Positions 38,801 to 48,760 are shown, counted from the stretch's first letter. The stretch is DNA of 54,246 bases from Hormoscilla sp. (GCA_051439505.1 JBFRWI010000092.1:1-54246); one strand, 5' to 3'. Numbers and translations are program-made. Notes: generated from the sequence alone by a model not told the origin.

Positions 38801-39844
38801 CTAGAGATGCAGTTTAGCCTCTAGGGGCAAGTGATCTGAACCTGTTGTCGGTAGAACCTGGGAGTATTCAGAAGCCCAATGGTGAGAATGCCAAATATAG
38901 TCAATTCTGAAAAGAGGATAATTCAATTTGCTGTTTGAGTCTTTGAGGAGATAACCCAGTTCCCAACCTTGAGGCCAGGTAAACCCAAAACCGAATCCCG
39001 ATTCTCGGAAGGAATCTTTGAGGACGGTTTGCAAATTATGATAATCTTGCGATTGGTCTGTCATGTTGAAGTCCCCAGCAACAATTACAGGATGAATTTC
39101 TTTATGAAGGCGCTGGATTAAATCTTGAATTTCTGCCGATCGCTCTGCATACTCGTATCTGGGCATTTTTAGGAATGGCAAAACTTGATGGTAACGAATC
39201 CAAGGAGAGATCGTTGAGATATTATAAACAACTATATCGTGCTGGTGCCAGCGGAGAACGGCCCGTTGCTGCCGTTCTCGATGACCCGCTAAATGGATAG
39301 TTTCGTAAAAGCGGAAGGGATATTTACTGATCGTGGCGGCCCAAGGTCCGCGTATTTGATAGGGGTAGGATGCTTTTAACTTCGGCAATGCTTCTTGATA
39401 ATGAGTCCCGGTAGTTTCTTGCAAACATACCAGGTCGGGATTTTGTGCGAGTACGAGGTTAACTAATGATTCTGGGGTGGTCTTGTTCCAACTATTGTTG
39501 AAGGATAAAACCTTCAGGGACTCAGAACCGCTATTGGTAACTGGTTCGGGAGACCAGTAAGTCACATGTAACCAACCGATCAGCCAAAGGCAAGCTAGAG
39601 ATGATAAAATGAAAAACCATCTCTTTTTGATTATCAAGAAGGCGATCGCCGGTAGTAGAAAGATCGGCAAGAGCAGCAAAGGGACAAATAGCCCCAGAAA
39701 GGCGACAAGGGACAGTCGGTCCCAAAAGATGAATCTGAGCAGGCAATAGCCAATAATTAATCCCGAGTAGCTGTAGGCCAAGAGTGCGATCGCCCGCCGG
39801 AGCGATCGGCAAATATTGCGCTTAACCATGGGGAGATAGTTCAT
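38801..39844 (-). CDS. Endonuclease/exonuclease/phosphatase family membrane protein
   Basis: Three N-terminal TMs; VLSFN, LQE, AGDFN, RIDYIW and GSDHLP. Confidence 0.92.
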   Translation of the reverse strand: MNYLPMVKRNICRSLRRAIALLAYSYSGLIIGYCLLRFIFWDRLSLVAFLGLFVPLLLLPIFLLPAIAFLIIKKRWFFILSSLACLWLIGWLHVTYWSPEPVTNSGSESLKVLSFNNSWNKTTPESLVNLVLAQNPDLVCLQETTGTHYQEALPKLKASYPYQIRGPWAATISKYPFRFYETIHLAGHRERQQRAVLRWHQHDIVVYNISTISPWIRYHQVLPFLKMPRYEYAERSAEIQDLIQRLHKEIHPVIVAGDFNMTDQSQDYHNLQTVLKDSFRESGFGFGFTWPQGWELGYLLKDSNSKLNYPLFRIDYIWHSHHWASEYSQVLPTTGSDHLPLEAKLHL

Positions 39845-39917
39845 GGCGATGGCAGATCTGAAGTTGCATGTATAGGTATGGGGAGTTCGACACTGTCACG
39901 ATCGAATAGGTTCCTGG

Positions 39918-41225
39918 TCACAGTCTCTCCGCCAAATACTGCCGATACAACTCGCAACTGACTTGAGCGCAATTTTCTTGCAGTTTCACTAAACCCAAAC
40001 TCTTTAACTTAAAGGTAATGTCTTGCTCTAATAATACACAGCCTTGGGCCCGGGCTACTTCAAGAAAAGCTGCCGCTAGAGGTGGATATTTTTGCAGTTC
40101 CCATAAATATCTGTGCAAGTGCTGACAGAATATTCCCGTATCCGTGGCGGCGGTTTTTCTCAACTGCTCAAATGTTACCTCCCCCCGCGCTAGATGATAT
40201 AAACTTAAATGTACCAGATAGGGATGACCGCCCAATAGCTGCATGAGCTGCTGAAGAAGCAACCGATCGATCGCCAGTCCGTGACGCCGTGCTAACTTTT
40301 GCACTTGCTCTGGGGTAAGATAGGGTAATTCTATCTCCCGTCCGACCTGAAATAGGGATTGATTGATATTGAGATTAGAGTAAGCTTCTGTCGAGTAGAC
40401 TATGACAAGTCGCAGTTTTTCCCAATGGTGACTATTCTTTGTGCCATATCCCGCTTCTTCCTGCCAGGAGAGCAACAGATGAAAAAAATCCACGGCATTT
40501 TGGTCGTAGGCTAACAATAACTCTACTCGATCTAAGGCTATGACTACAGGCTTGTCTATTTGAGAGAGTACGTGCTTTAATAGGTAAGTCGTACACCAGC
40601 TTTTGCTGCCATAGATCTGGCGATCGATATCTGAGGATGCTGGTTGCAGTTCCAGCTTGTAGGTAATGTTGAAAATCAACCACTTGAGAAATTTATCCAG
40701 GTCTGCTAAAATCTGCCTTTCTGCCTGCTTGAGGCTGAAGGAGACTGTGAGATAACCCTGACTTCTAGCGCGATCGAGTATTCTCAGCATCAGAGATGTT
40801 TTCCCCATTTCTCTCGGTCCTTTGATACTGACGATCGCTGCTTTCTTAGCAATTTCACTGTAGCATCCAAGTCCCCTTGGTTCTCTATCTATATAATAAG
40901 CAGAATCTAGGGGCAACAGACCTCCTGGTAATTCTAAATCTGGGGTTATCTTTATGGGTGGTGGGAGTCGCGCTTGCAGGAGATCGGCGATGTTCTTTTT
41001 ATTCACTTTCTCTCCCAATGCTTGGGAAAACAGCTTCCATAGTTCCGGGGCAATAGTTTGCTTGATATATCTGGGAGAATAGCTCGATGCGGCGGCTATT
41101 TGCTCGTAGGTGTTGTTAGCCAAACCGCCGCGCAACACTGCTTTTTGTATCGGACTGAGTTCTTTACTCGTACTAGCTTTGACTAATTCTTCGGCAAAAG
41201 CTAAGGTTTTTTCTATGTCTTTCAT
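39918..41225 (-). CDS. AAA-like (AAA_35) ATPase with N-terminal HTH
   Basis: TYEQIA...APELWKLFSQALGEKVNKKN, YIDRE, GPREMGKTSL, GGHPYLV and CELYRQY. Confidence 0.88.
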   Translation of the reverse strand: MKDIEKTLAFAEELVKASTSKELSPIQKAVLRGGLANNTYEQIAAASSYSPRYIKQTIAPELWKLFSQALGEKVNKKNIADLLQARLPPPIKITPDLELPGGLLPLDSAYYIDREPRGLGCYSEIAKKAAIVSIKGPREMGKTSLMLRILDRARSQGYLTVSFSLKQAERQILADLDKFLKWLIFNITYKLELQPASSDIDRQIYGSKSWCTTYLLKHVLSQIDKPVVIALDRVELLLAYDQNAVDFFHLLLSWQEEAGYGTKNSHHWEKLRLVIVYSTEAYSNLNINQSLFQVGREIELPYLTPEQVQKLARRHGLAIDRLLLQQLMQLLGGHPYLVHLSLYHLARGEVTFEQLRKTAATDTGIFCQHLHRYLWELQKYPPLAAAFLEVARAQGCVLLEQDITFKLKSLGLVKLQENCAQVSCELYRQYLAERL

Positions 41226-41314
41226 CGGTGCGGCTTTGCAAGTCGGCGAGCGACCGGACTCGCTAACTATACCACAGTCTACACCGCAACACAAAGGGGG
41301 TTACACCCCCTACC

Positions 41315-41974
41315 CTACTTTTCCCGATCGCCTCTATGCTTGTGCTTTTGTTTGCGTTTGAGAGCTGAACCTGCGCCCAAAGCACCTAAAGTCACCAGAC
41401 CTAAGACTGAACCCGGTTCGGGAAGAGATGTATAGGTGAAGTTATCCATGACGAATTGCGTACCATTTCCTTCTAGACCATCTGCCTGCATCCCGCCAAA
41501 GGATGTAAATTTTAAGTAATCAATATGCTCGAAATTAAACTCGAACCAGGTAGGTTCATCGGTATCTACAACAACTGTTTGCGAATATTTTAGCTCCCCA
41601 TCCAAAAGTCCTTCTACCTTAATATTGAGACCGTCATTCCAAGCCGCCGTCAAATATACTCCCTTAAAATCCATGAGATATCTGCTATTACTCCCGACTT
41701 GTACCCACGGAGTGTACGCGACATAATCTCCCGAGACCGTACCGTTATCATAACCACTTCCGGGTTCCTTTGACCCTTTGGTAACGTGAATATTATACCA
41801 ATTCAGCCGACGATATCCATCAGGGATTACCCCATAGTGATTTGTGGTAATGTCTTCAAACGTTAACACTCTCGAACCGTCTGGGTTAACAATAATTGCT
41901 GCGGCTGGCCGAGCTGTGGCTGCACCCAATGCTATAGCCATAGTCCCGATCCCGATCGTGGTGATTTTTTTCAT
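41315..41974 (-). CDS. PEP-CTERM sorting-domain surface protein
   Basis: Signal peptide; LTFED, YLTAAWNDGL and MDNFTY; C-terminal LPEPGSVLGL-TM-KRKQK. Confidence 0.9.
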   Translation of the reverse strand: MKKITTIGIGTMAIALGAATARPAAAIIVNPDGSRVLTFEDITTNHYGVIPDGYRRLNWYNIHVTKGSKEPGSGYDNGTVSGDYVAYTPWVQVGSNSRYLMDFKGVYLTAAWNDGLNIKVEGLLDGELKYSQTVVVDTDEPTWFEFNFEHIDYLKFTSFGGMQADGLEGNGTQFVMDNFTYTSLPEPGSVLGLVTLGALGAGSALKRKQKHKHRGDREK

Positions 41975-42351
41975 GATAGTAGATGCACGCATTCCTCTGA
42001 GTATATTTATCAGCTTTAATTGCTGACAATGCTTTAATCATAGCAACCAAAGCATGGGAAGGTAAATACATAAAGTTCATATAATCTGGGCAGCGTCGAA
42101 GGGTCAACTTTACAGAATCTTCATCTAATTTCGAGGCTACTTTACAGAATATTTAAAATTCTGGCGTAACTTGACTATTTCTCTACCTTTGGGACTCTGC
42201 CGGGGCGAAAATGCACAGAATCGGCGATATGTCAATACATAAAGTTCGTTACTTGGGGAAAATCCGTATTTATGCGGGCGATCGACATGTAACGATACCA
42301 AACTGGCCAGACCACACCCAAGGACGAAACGACAATTTTTTCAGATATCCC

Positions 42352-42381
42352 TTGACACTTGTGGTACAGATGTAGTACAAA
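42352..42381 (+). promoter_or_regulatory. Putative rtcB promoter with overlapping direct-repeat operator
   Basis: TTGACA at 42352; TGTGGTACA at 42360 and TGTAGTACA at 42371, an 11-bp period. Confidence 0.45.
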
Positions 42382-42465
42382 GAGAACAGTGGCTATGGGG
42401 CGAGGGCTCACGCTGCCCTCATACCACAGGATAGTCTAGCTGTGTCAAGCCAAAAGGGAAAGATT

Positions 42466-43647
42466 ATGCCCTACGAACAAATGAAACTGTCTGCGCCCAA
42501 ACCGGTGCTTTCTTGGGCCAATCACGAACTCGCTGCCGCTGAAATGCAAATGGCTAAGAATGTGGCATCCCTGCCTTTTGTATTTAAGCATGTCGCTCTC
42601 ATGCCTGATGTTCACTTGGGTAAGGGGGCTTTGGTAGGTTCTGTCATTGCCACTAAAGAGGCGATCGTCCCTGCTGCTGTGGGCGTGGATATTGGTTGCG
42701 GGATGGCAGCAGTCAAAACTCCTTATCAGGCAGAAAAACTGGAAGGCAAACTCAAACAGATCCGTCGGGATATTGAAGCTGCCATTCCTGTGGGCTTTAA
42801 TGAAAACAAGGAGATCGAAACTGCTGTTAGTAACTGGCAGGGATGGCGTGACTTTAAGGAACTGCATCCGGGCGTGCAACGCTTGGATGGTAAGGCAATT
42901 AAACAGCTGGGTTCCCTAGGTGGGGGCAATCATTTTATTGAGGTTTGTCTGGATGCCGAAGACACTGTCTGGTTGATGTTGCACTCGGGTTCCCGTCATA
43001 TCGGCAATCAGTTGGCTCAAAACCATATTAATACTGCCAAGAATTTGGCCAAGCTGGCAGCAGAAAAGTTGCCCGATCGGGACTTAGCCTACTTTGTCGC
43101 CCAGACTCCTGAGTTTGATGCTTACTGGCGGGATCTGCAATGGGCGCAAAGTTATGCCCGTTTCAACCGGGATGTGATGATGGCGAGACTGAAGCGCATT
43201 ATCGAAAAGCATCTGGCGGGCGGGAAGCAGTTTAAGCCCTTATTGCAGGTAAATTGCCATCACAATTACTCGGAAAAAGAGGTGCATTTCGGCGAGGAAG
43301 TCTACGTGACGCGCAAGGGCGCTGTGAGGGCCCGGGAGGATGATTATGGCATTATTCCCGGGTCCATGGGGGCGAAATCTTTCATCGTCAAGGGTAAAGG
43401 AAATGCCGCCAGCTATTGTTCCTGTTCTCACGGGGCGGGACGCTTGATGTCTCGCAGCAAGGCGAAGAAGCAATTTTCGCTCGAGGATCTGATGCAGCAA
43501 ACTGCTGGGGTTGAATGTCGGAAGGATAATGGCATTTTGGATGAAATTCCCGGCGCTTATAAGCCGATCGATGAAGTGATGCAAAATCAATCGGATCTGG
43601 TGGAAGTTGTGGCCACCCTAAAGCAGGTTGTCTGCGTTAAGGGGTAA
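42466..43647 (+). CDS. rtcB: RtcB-family RNA ligase
   Basis: MPDVHLG, VGVDIGCGM, GGGNHFIE, LHSGSR, HHNY, PGSMG, SCSHGAGR, DEIPGAYK and VKG. Confidence 0.96.
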   Translation: MPYEQMKLSAPKPVLSWANHELAAAEMQMAKNVASLPFVFKHVALMPDVHLGKGALVGSVIATKEAIVPAAVGVDIGCGMAAVKTPYQAEKLEGKLKQIRRDIEAAIPVGFNENKEIETAVSNWQGWRDFKELHPGVQRLDGKAIKQLGSLGGGNHFIEVCLDAEDTVWLMLHSGSRHIGNQLAQNHINTAKNLAKLAAEKLPDRDLAYFVAQTPEFDAYWRDLQWAQSYARFNRDVMMARLKRIIEKHLAGGKQFKPLLQVNCHHNYSEKEVHFGEEVYVTRKGAVRAREDDYGIIPGSMGAKSFIVKGKGNAASYCSCSHGAGRLMSRSKAKKQFSLEDLMQQTAGVECRKDNGILDEIPGAYKPIDEVMQNQSDLVEVVATLKQVVCVKG

Positions 43648-43671
43648 ATTCGCTTTCGCTCGGGTCATTTT

Positions 43672-43692
43672 TCCCCAGGTTTTAACCTGGGG
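43672..43692. terminator. Hairpin between convergent genes
   Basis: CCCCAGGTT-TT-AACCTGGGG, preceded by a T run. Confidence 0.5.
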
Positions 43693-43750
43693 CAACAGGG
43701 ATTAAGTCGGCTGCATCTATCTGGTCTGATGCCGACAAACCTCCGACAAA

Positions 43751-44137
43751 TTAACGCTTCTTAATGTTACGAGCCATATTGCGGAACATATCCATGCTAT
43801 CGTCAGCGGGACCGCCATCGGTGGAGGTTGACTCGCTAGTCTCAGAGGAGGTAGTCTCAGAGTCGGGCGCAACTTGCTGGTCAACTGTAGCTTGGGACTC
43901 TATAGCAGGGGCTACTTCCTCCTGTGAAGTATCCTTAACTGCCGGGGAGGTAGTATCCAACACCTTGTTCCCAGAAGAACTGTCCCGCACTGGTTGAGTA
44001 TTTTTCTTCAAAGTCTTGGCATCGTCGGGATCCAGGTAGAAAGCTTTCGTGCTCTCCTTTGGGGCCATATCGGCTGGATCGTCGGGCTCGTCAACATACT
44101 TGGTCTTCAAGTTAAACATATTTGAAAGGAATCCCAT
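43751..44137 (-). CDS. Conserved cyanobacterial low-complexity hypothetical protein
   Basis: AFYLDPDDAKT and C-terminal DDSMDMFRNMARNIKK. Confidence 0.75.
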   Translation of the reverse strand: MGFLSNMFNLKTKYVDEPDDPADMAPKESTKAFYLDPDDAKTLKKNTQPVRDSSSGNKVLDTTSPAVKDTSQEEVAPAIESQATVDQQVAPDSETTSSETSESTSTDGGPADDSMDMFRNMARNIKKR

Positions 44138-44259
44138 ATCAATTTTTCCTCCCGTTTACTGTTGTTGTCACTATTCCATCTGAAATATTATCAAACAATA
44201 TCCCAGTTAGGTTATTATACAAAAGAACCTTAGCTATAGCCCAGGAAGGAAAGAAAAGC

Positions 44260-44730
44260 ATGACAATCAAAGGACCGATCGTGCGGAAAATAATTGCTGC
44301 CATCATTGCTAGTATGGGACTTTGGGCCTTGCCAGTTCGAGCACAAACTGATGCCCAGGTGGCGGCCCTGGTAGAGGCGTTCCGACTGGCAGCACCAGAT
44401 ACGGGCACGGAAAATGATGGACTCTATAGTGACTGGCAAATCAAGCCGGAAAATATTATCAGCTGGTCCCGGTTCTGCCGACAACCGACGACACCAGCAG
44501 AGTTTGAAGCTTCTCCCGATCGGGCAAGGGCAATTATGACCTGCGTTGTCAAAGACTTGCTGAAAGAAGAATACGCCGCTAGCGGTAACAACATGGAAGA
44601 GGCCGTGCGGCGATCGGCTTCCTGGTGGATGACTGGTGACTCGAATCGCTACAACAGCGATCGCACAACTGGCGAATATGCCGATCTAGTGTTCGATTTT
44701 TACTCTTCACAGCAACAACAGCAGCGTTAA
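44260..44730 (+). CDS. Secreted hypothetical protein
   Basis: Signal peptide; QVAALVEAFRLAAP, DGLYSDWQIKPENI and AVRRSASWWMTG. Confidence 0.75.
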   Translation: MTIKGPIVRKIIAAIIASMGLWALPVRAQTDAQVAALVEAFRLAAPDTGTENDGLYSDWQIKPENIISWSRFCRQPTTPAEFEASPDRARAIMTCVVKDLLKEEYAASGNNMEEAVRRSASWWMTGDSNRYNSDRTTGEYADLVFDFYSSQQQQQR

Positions 44731-44747
44731 ATCACACCCCAAGAGTG

Positions 44748-45800
44748 CTACGATCTCCGAAACCAAGAGGAGAGGGAACGGGCTGTCCGGAGGATGGGGG
44801 ACCTATCTTGTATCCCTTTAATGTTTTTAGTCGTTGAACTCCTTGAAGACCAAGGTCTAGAAGTCATGCACTTAGCCAGACTTTCTAGATGGGGTTCCAA
44901 GTCTAGGACCCGGAGGATTTCGGAAGCTGTTTGGTAACGTTCCCGCACCGAGGTTTCGAGCATTTTGTTCAAAATTTTGGCGAAGTAATCGCTTACCGAT
45001 ACCCGATCGCGCCAAGCAATAGTGCCTGTTTTAGCATCGCCGGAGAATTTCATCGGTGCCTTACCCGTCAATAGATACAAACAAGTCATGCCCAATGCAT
45101 AGATGTCACTTCCATAAACCGGTCGCAAGGACAGCTGTTCTGGCGGGGCAAATCCCATCGTACCAATGAAATGAGTCGTTGTTGTCGCTGCTGTGGTCGG
45201 ATCGCCGCTGATGCTACTCTGGGTAATTTGCTCCTTAACTGCGCCAAAGTCAATCAACACTAGCTTGCCATCAACCCGACGCCGGATGATGTTCGGCGGC
45301 TTAATATCTCTATGAATCACGCCCTGGGAGTGAACGAACTCCAACAAGGGCAGAATTTCGTGCAGGAACTTTTTGACCGACTCTTCCGAGAAAGGACCGT
45401 GACGTTTGACTTCCTGGGTGAGAGTATGACCCTGAATATAGTCCTGAACCAAATAAAACTCACCATCGAGTTCAAAGTAGTCTCGCAACTGAGGAATTTG
45501 ACCGTGGGCCCCCAGCTTGGCCAGGGTTTTTGCCTCTCGCTTGAAGCACTTACGGGATCGTTTTAAGGCCGCTTCGTTCCTGACTTTGGGACAAAGTTGC
45601 TTGATCACGCACCAAGGTTGCCCCGGCAAGGCCATATTCCTGGCCAGAAAAGTAACGCCAAAGCCGCCTCTGCCCAGCTGCCGCTTAATCATGTAGCGAT
45701 CGCCAAAGAGATCTTGACTACCACAGAGCCGATCCAGTTGAGTCACCGAAGACATGTCTGCATGAAAAGAAAGCAGATTGGAAACTTGATTGCTTTGCAT
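44748..45800 (-). CDS. Hanks-type Ser/Thr protein kinase
   Basis: LGRGGFG, CVIKQL, HRDIKPPN, LIDFGAVK, GFAPPEQ and SDIYALG. Confidence 0.95.
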   Translation of the reverse strand: MQSNQVSNLLSFHADMSSVTQLDRLCGSQDLFGDRYMIKRQLGRGGFGVTFLARNMALPGQPWCVIKQLCPKVRNEAALKRSRKCFKREAKTLAKLGAHGQIPQLRDYFELDGEFYLVQDYIQGHTLTQEVKRHGPFSEESVKKFLHEILPLLEFVHSQGVIHRDIKPPNIIRRRVDGKLVLIDFGAVKEQITQSSISGDPTTAATTTTHFIGTMGFAPPEQLSLRPVYGSDIYALGMTCLYLLTGKAPMKFSGDAKTGTIAWRDRVSVSDYFAKILNKMLETSVRERYQTASEILRVLDLEPHLESLAKCMTSRPWSSRSSTTKNIKGIQDRSPILRTARSLSSWFRRS

Positions 45801-45942
45801 CGATTTTGTGTTAATGCACCGATTATTGTTTCATCCTGGCGTCACGACTAGGCGTTTTCCAGGTCTGTCTTCCCTAATTATACGGTATTTTTCTCCAATT
45901 GTGACAATAATGAGCAATCTTCTGTCCATCTCACCCAACTGC

Positions 45943-46533
45943 TTACCAGGCATCGGTGGCCTCGTATCCTAATTCTAGGAACATCTGTCGCAGCAGCGGC
46001 ATACTCAGACCGATTACATTTGTGTGACAGCCTACTAGCTTTTCTACAAACAGTCCCCCTTTCCCATCGATGGCGAAGCCTCCCGCACAATTGAGCGGTT
46101 CCCCAGTGGCTACGTAGGCGGCGATCGCCCGCTCGCTGATTTGAGCAAAATGGACTTCAGTTACTTGACTTTTCACTATGTTGGTGTTTTTTGTTACATC
46201 TATTAAGGCATGACCGGTGTATAGGAGACCATGACGACCGCTCATGATTTGCCAGCGGGCGATCGCCTGGGCGGGGTTGGCAGGTTTGCCGTAAATCTGA
46301 CCGTTGACGACGAAAACCGAATCGCACCCCAGCACCAGGGCATCTGGAAACCGAGGGGCGATCGTCTGAGCTTTGCGCAGGGCCAGAGTTTGCACCAGTG
46401 CGACTGGATCCTTTAGCTGCACTTGAGACTCATCAAAATTACTCGGACAAACGAAAGGAGAAAACCCGGCATTTTGCAGCAAGCGCTTGCGGGCAGGTGA
46501 AGCAGAGGCGAGGACAAGTTGAGGAATGTTCAT
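45943..46533 (-). CDS. maf: Maf-family nucleoside triphosphate pyrophosphatase
   Basis: [28 protein letters not shown] and NVIGL. Confidence 0.93.
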   Translation of the reverse strand: MNIPQLVLASASPARKRLLQNAGFSPFVCPSNFDESQVQLKDPVALVQTLALRKAQTIAPRFPDALVLGCDSVFVVNGQIYGKPANPAQAIARWQIMSGRHGLLYTGHALIDVTKNTNIVKSQVTEVHFAQISERAIAAYVATGEPLNCAGGFAIDGKGGLFVEKLVGCHTNVIGLSMPLLRQMFLELGYEATDAW

Positions 46534-46648
46534 TGCTAATTGCTAATTGCTAATTGCTAATTGCTAATTGCTAATTGCTAATTGCTAATTGACAAATGAC
46601 AGACAGGCGGAACTGACAACTGACAACTGACAACTAACAACTAACAAC
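46532..46648. repeat. STRR heptamer arrays (ATTGCTA)x8 and (AACTGAC/AACTAAC)x5
   Basis: Directly visible between maf and psbP. Confidence 0.92.
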
Positions 46649-46659
46649 TCTCTACAAAC

Positions 46660-47202
46660 CTAATAAACTCTGAAGGATTTAACAACTTGTTCAAATATCG
46701 ACTTTTCCTTCTGCCAGCGTCTTTCTGTCGAAGAGAGGTTGAAGCTGTAGAGTTTGCCGTGACTGATGGCGAGACTGGCGAAATCGTGCCGGGGCTGCTG
46801 GTTTGAGAGCGTGACTGCGTACTCTAGCAGATAGTATATTTTATCCTCCTTACGCAGTTCTTCAGCATTGAGTAATTCTGCTTGGCGACCGGAATCTGGA
46901 GGGGAGAGCGCATTTTTCGACAACCTGTATCCCACATCTGTGGGGGTTCCCAGATCCGTCAGGGTTTTGCCTTCGCCCACCGAACTAATCACCACCGACA
47001 GATTCTCACTGTACTCGATCAAATCCCGAAACACCACATCAGGGCCATCTTTGGCCTCCACGGGCACCCAACCATTGGGATAGAGAAACTGATAACCGTC
47101 GGTGCTATCCACATAGCTTTGCAGTCCCGCACCAGTTGAGACACAACCGGTTATACTCAAGCTGAATAGCAGGATAACTATTGCCGCAATTCGTTTCCAC
47201 AT
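46660..47202 (-). CDS. psbP: Photosystem II extrinsic lipoprotein CyanoP
   Basis: Lipobox ITGC; DGYQFLYPNGW, DVVFRDLIE, ENLSVVIS and YYLLEYAV. Confidence 0.93.
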   Translation of the reverse strand: MWKRIAAIVILLFSLSITGCVSTGAGLQSYVDSTDGYQFLYPNGWVPVEAKDGPDVVFRDLIEYSENLSVVISSVGEGKTLTDLGTPTDVGYRLSKNALSPPDSGRQAELLNAEELRKEDKIYYLLEYAVTLSNQQPRHDFASLAISHGKLYSFNLSSTERRWQKEKSIFEQVVKSFRVY

Positions 47203-47409
47203 CTATATTCTCCCTCCTTAACTTTCATTCGGTGTTGTGTCAGGACCGGTAGTCCCAGTCCGCCAGACGTGATTTCATTGTCTCATCTTGTCGTCCCCCT
47301 GGAAATTCGATCTTGCTCTCAAGCCCTTGCTGGTAACAATGCTATTTGCTTACTTTTTGATGTTTTCTTAGAAATTAGTCGTGCTGAATTAGCCATGCCC
47401 GATGCGTAA

Positions 47410-47726
47410 TTGGCCATTCTCGGATATAAAGAACGTAACAAGCTGTATATTAGAGGCAAGGAGTTTCAGCTATGAAAGTAATTGATGTTTCCTGTGAATC
47501 AACTGAACTGCGTACTATATTGGCAGAAGCAAGGGAGAAAAATATAATTTTGCGAACTGAAGACGGTTTAGCGTTCACGATCGCTGAGATTGATGAGTTT
47601 GATGTAGAAATTGCATTAACTCGCCAAAACTCTGAACTAATGTAATTTCTAGAGCAACGGGCACGGAGTACGAAAACTGTTTCAGCAGCAGAAGCACGTA
47701 AGAGGTTGGGTTTGGTTGATGAGTAG
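47410..47726 (+). pseudogene. Decayed toxin-antitoxin pair: RelE/ParE-like toxin C-terminal remnant and antitoxin with internal stop
   Basis: Hand translation gives ILGYKERNKLYIRGKEFQL* overlapping (ATGA at 47472) MKVIDVS...LAEAREKNIILRTEDG...EIALTRQNSELM*FLEQRAR...AEARKRLGL, with TAA at 47643. Confidence 0.7.
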
Positions 47727-48059
47727 AGTCCAAACCCCTGCGTATTCACGCCATACCCAGAAACCCGGTTTTGCCGGAATTACCGGGTTTCTTAATTCAC
47801 TAAGGGACTCGCGCCGAAATAGAGTACCAGTTATACAGTATAAGTAGTTGTGCAAAATTATTTTTAGATTTATGCTCAGGGGCGATCGCACAGGAAAATT
47901 ATGGTTCTCCAGCCCTATCCCATAAGGCTTTCAGGGATTTAAATTCTCCTAAATTGACCGCCCGAGCGAAAATATTATAGCATTTTTCATAAAGATGAGG
48001 TACAGCAGGGAGCATAAAGCAGGGAGCATGGTTGATTTAGACTTAACTTGCATTTGTCT

Positions 48060-48540
48060 GAGTTCTACAAATGTTGATTTCTGCCAGTTATACGTTGATT
48101 TCTGCCAGTTATACGTTTAGTTAAACCAAACAAACGCTAATCTCTGCCATTTCTACGTTGATTTCTGCCATTTCTACGTTTAGTTCTGCCAGTTATACGT
48201 TTAGTTAAACCAAACAAACGCTAATCTCTGCCATTTCTACGTTGATTTCTGCCATTTTTACGTTAAATTCGGTCAGTTCTACGTTAAGTTTGGCCATTTC
48301 TACGTTAAATTCGGTCAGTTCTACGTTAAGTTTGGCCAGCTTGACGTTGAGTTTGGCCATTTCTACGTTAATTTTGGCCAGTTCTACGTTAAGTTTGGCC
48401 CGTTCTACGTTAAATTCGGTCAGTTCTACGTTAATTTTGGCCAGTTCTACGTTGAGTTTGGCCAGTTCTACGTTAAATTCGGTCAGTTTGACGTTGAGTT
48501 TGGCCAGTTCTACGTTGATTTCGGCCAAACCAACGTTTGT
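48060..48540. repeat. Degenerate 21-bp tandem array (~22 units)
   Basis: Consensus is about ACGTTRARTTTGGCCAGTTCT. The minus strand reads as heptads NVELAKL/NVELTEF. Confidence 0.92.
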
Positions 48541-48646
48541 AGGAGCTGCACTGCATGGTACATTATTAAACCGCAAGTCCCTAACCCCTGCATCATCAAT
48601 CTATGATAGAAGAGAATATCGGCGAAGTCAAGATTAGAGTTTAACA

Positions 48647-48760
48647 ATGAGCACCAGAACTATCAAGCAACTGCCGATTCCGCCGCACTTTGATAGCGCC
48701 TTGGTGGGGGAAGTCTGGCGAGTCCCCTATCAGCAGAGGGCCGCAGAAGCTAGGGACTCG
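48647..48760 (+). pseudogene. N-terminal fragment of a cyanobacterial isochorismatase/nicotinamidase-like gene
   Basis: LPIPPHFD...[16 protein letters not shown] is recognised from memory of the family. It is cut off by a GGTGGGCGGTGCCCACCCTAC REP-like hairpin. Confidence 0.55.

Noticed and set aside
42363..42379. Cyanobacterial LexA box upstream of rtcB
   Set aside because: GGTACAGATGTAGT mismatches the conserved C of RGTACNNNDGTWCB, and the GTAC-N7-GTAC spacing does not fit.
47450..47749. 99-aa minus-strand ORF
   Set aside because: It is the antisense shadow of the plus-strand antitoxin pseudogene.
48060..48540. CRISPR array
   Set aside because: The units are contiguous degenerate 21-mers with no unique spacers, and no cas genes are present.
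48537..48637. C-terminal remnant of a real gene (FVGAALHGTLLNRKSLTPASSIYDRREY)
   Set aside because: It looks protein-like and precedes the isochorismatase fragment, but I cannot assign a family without a search.
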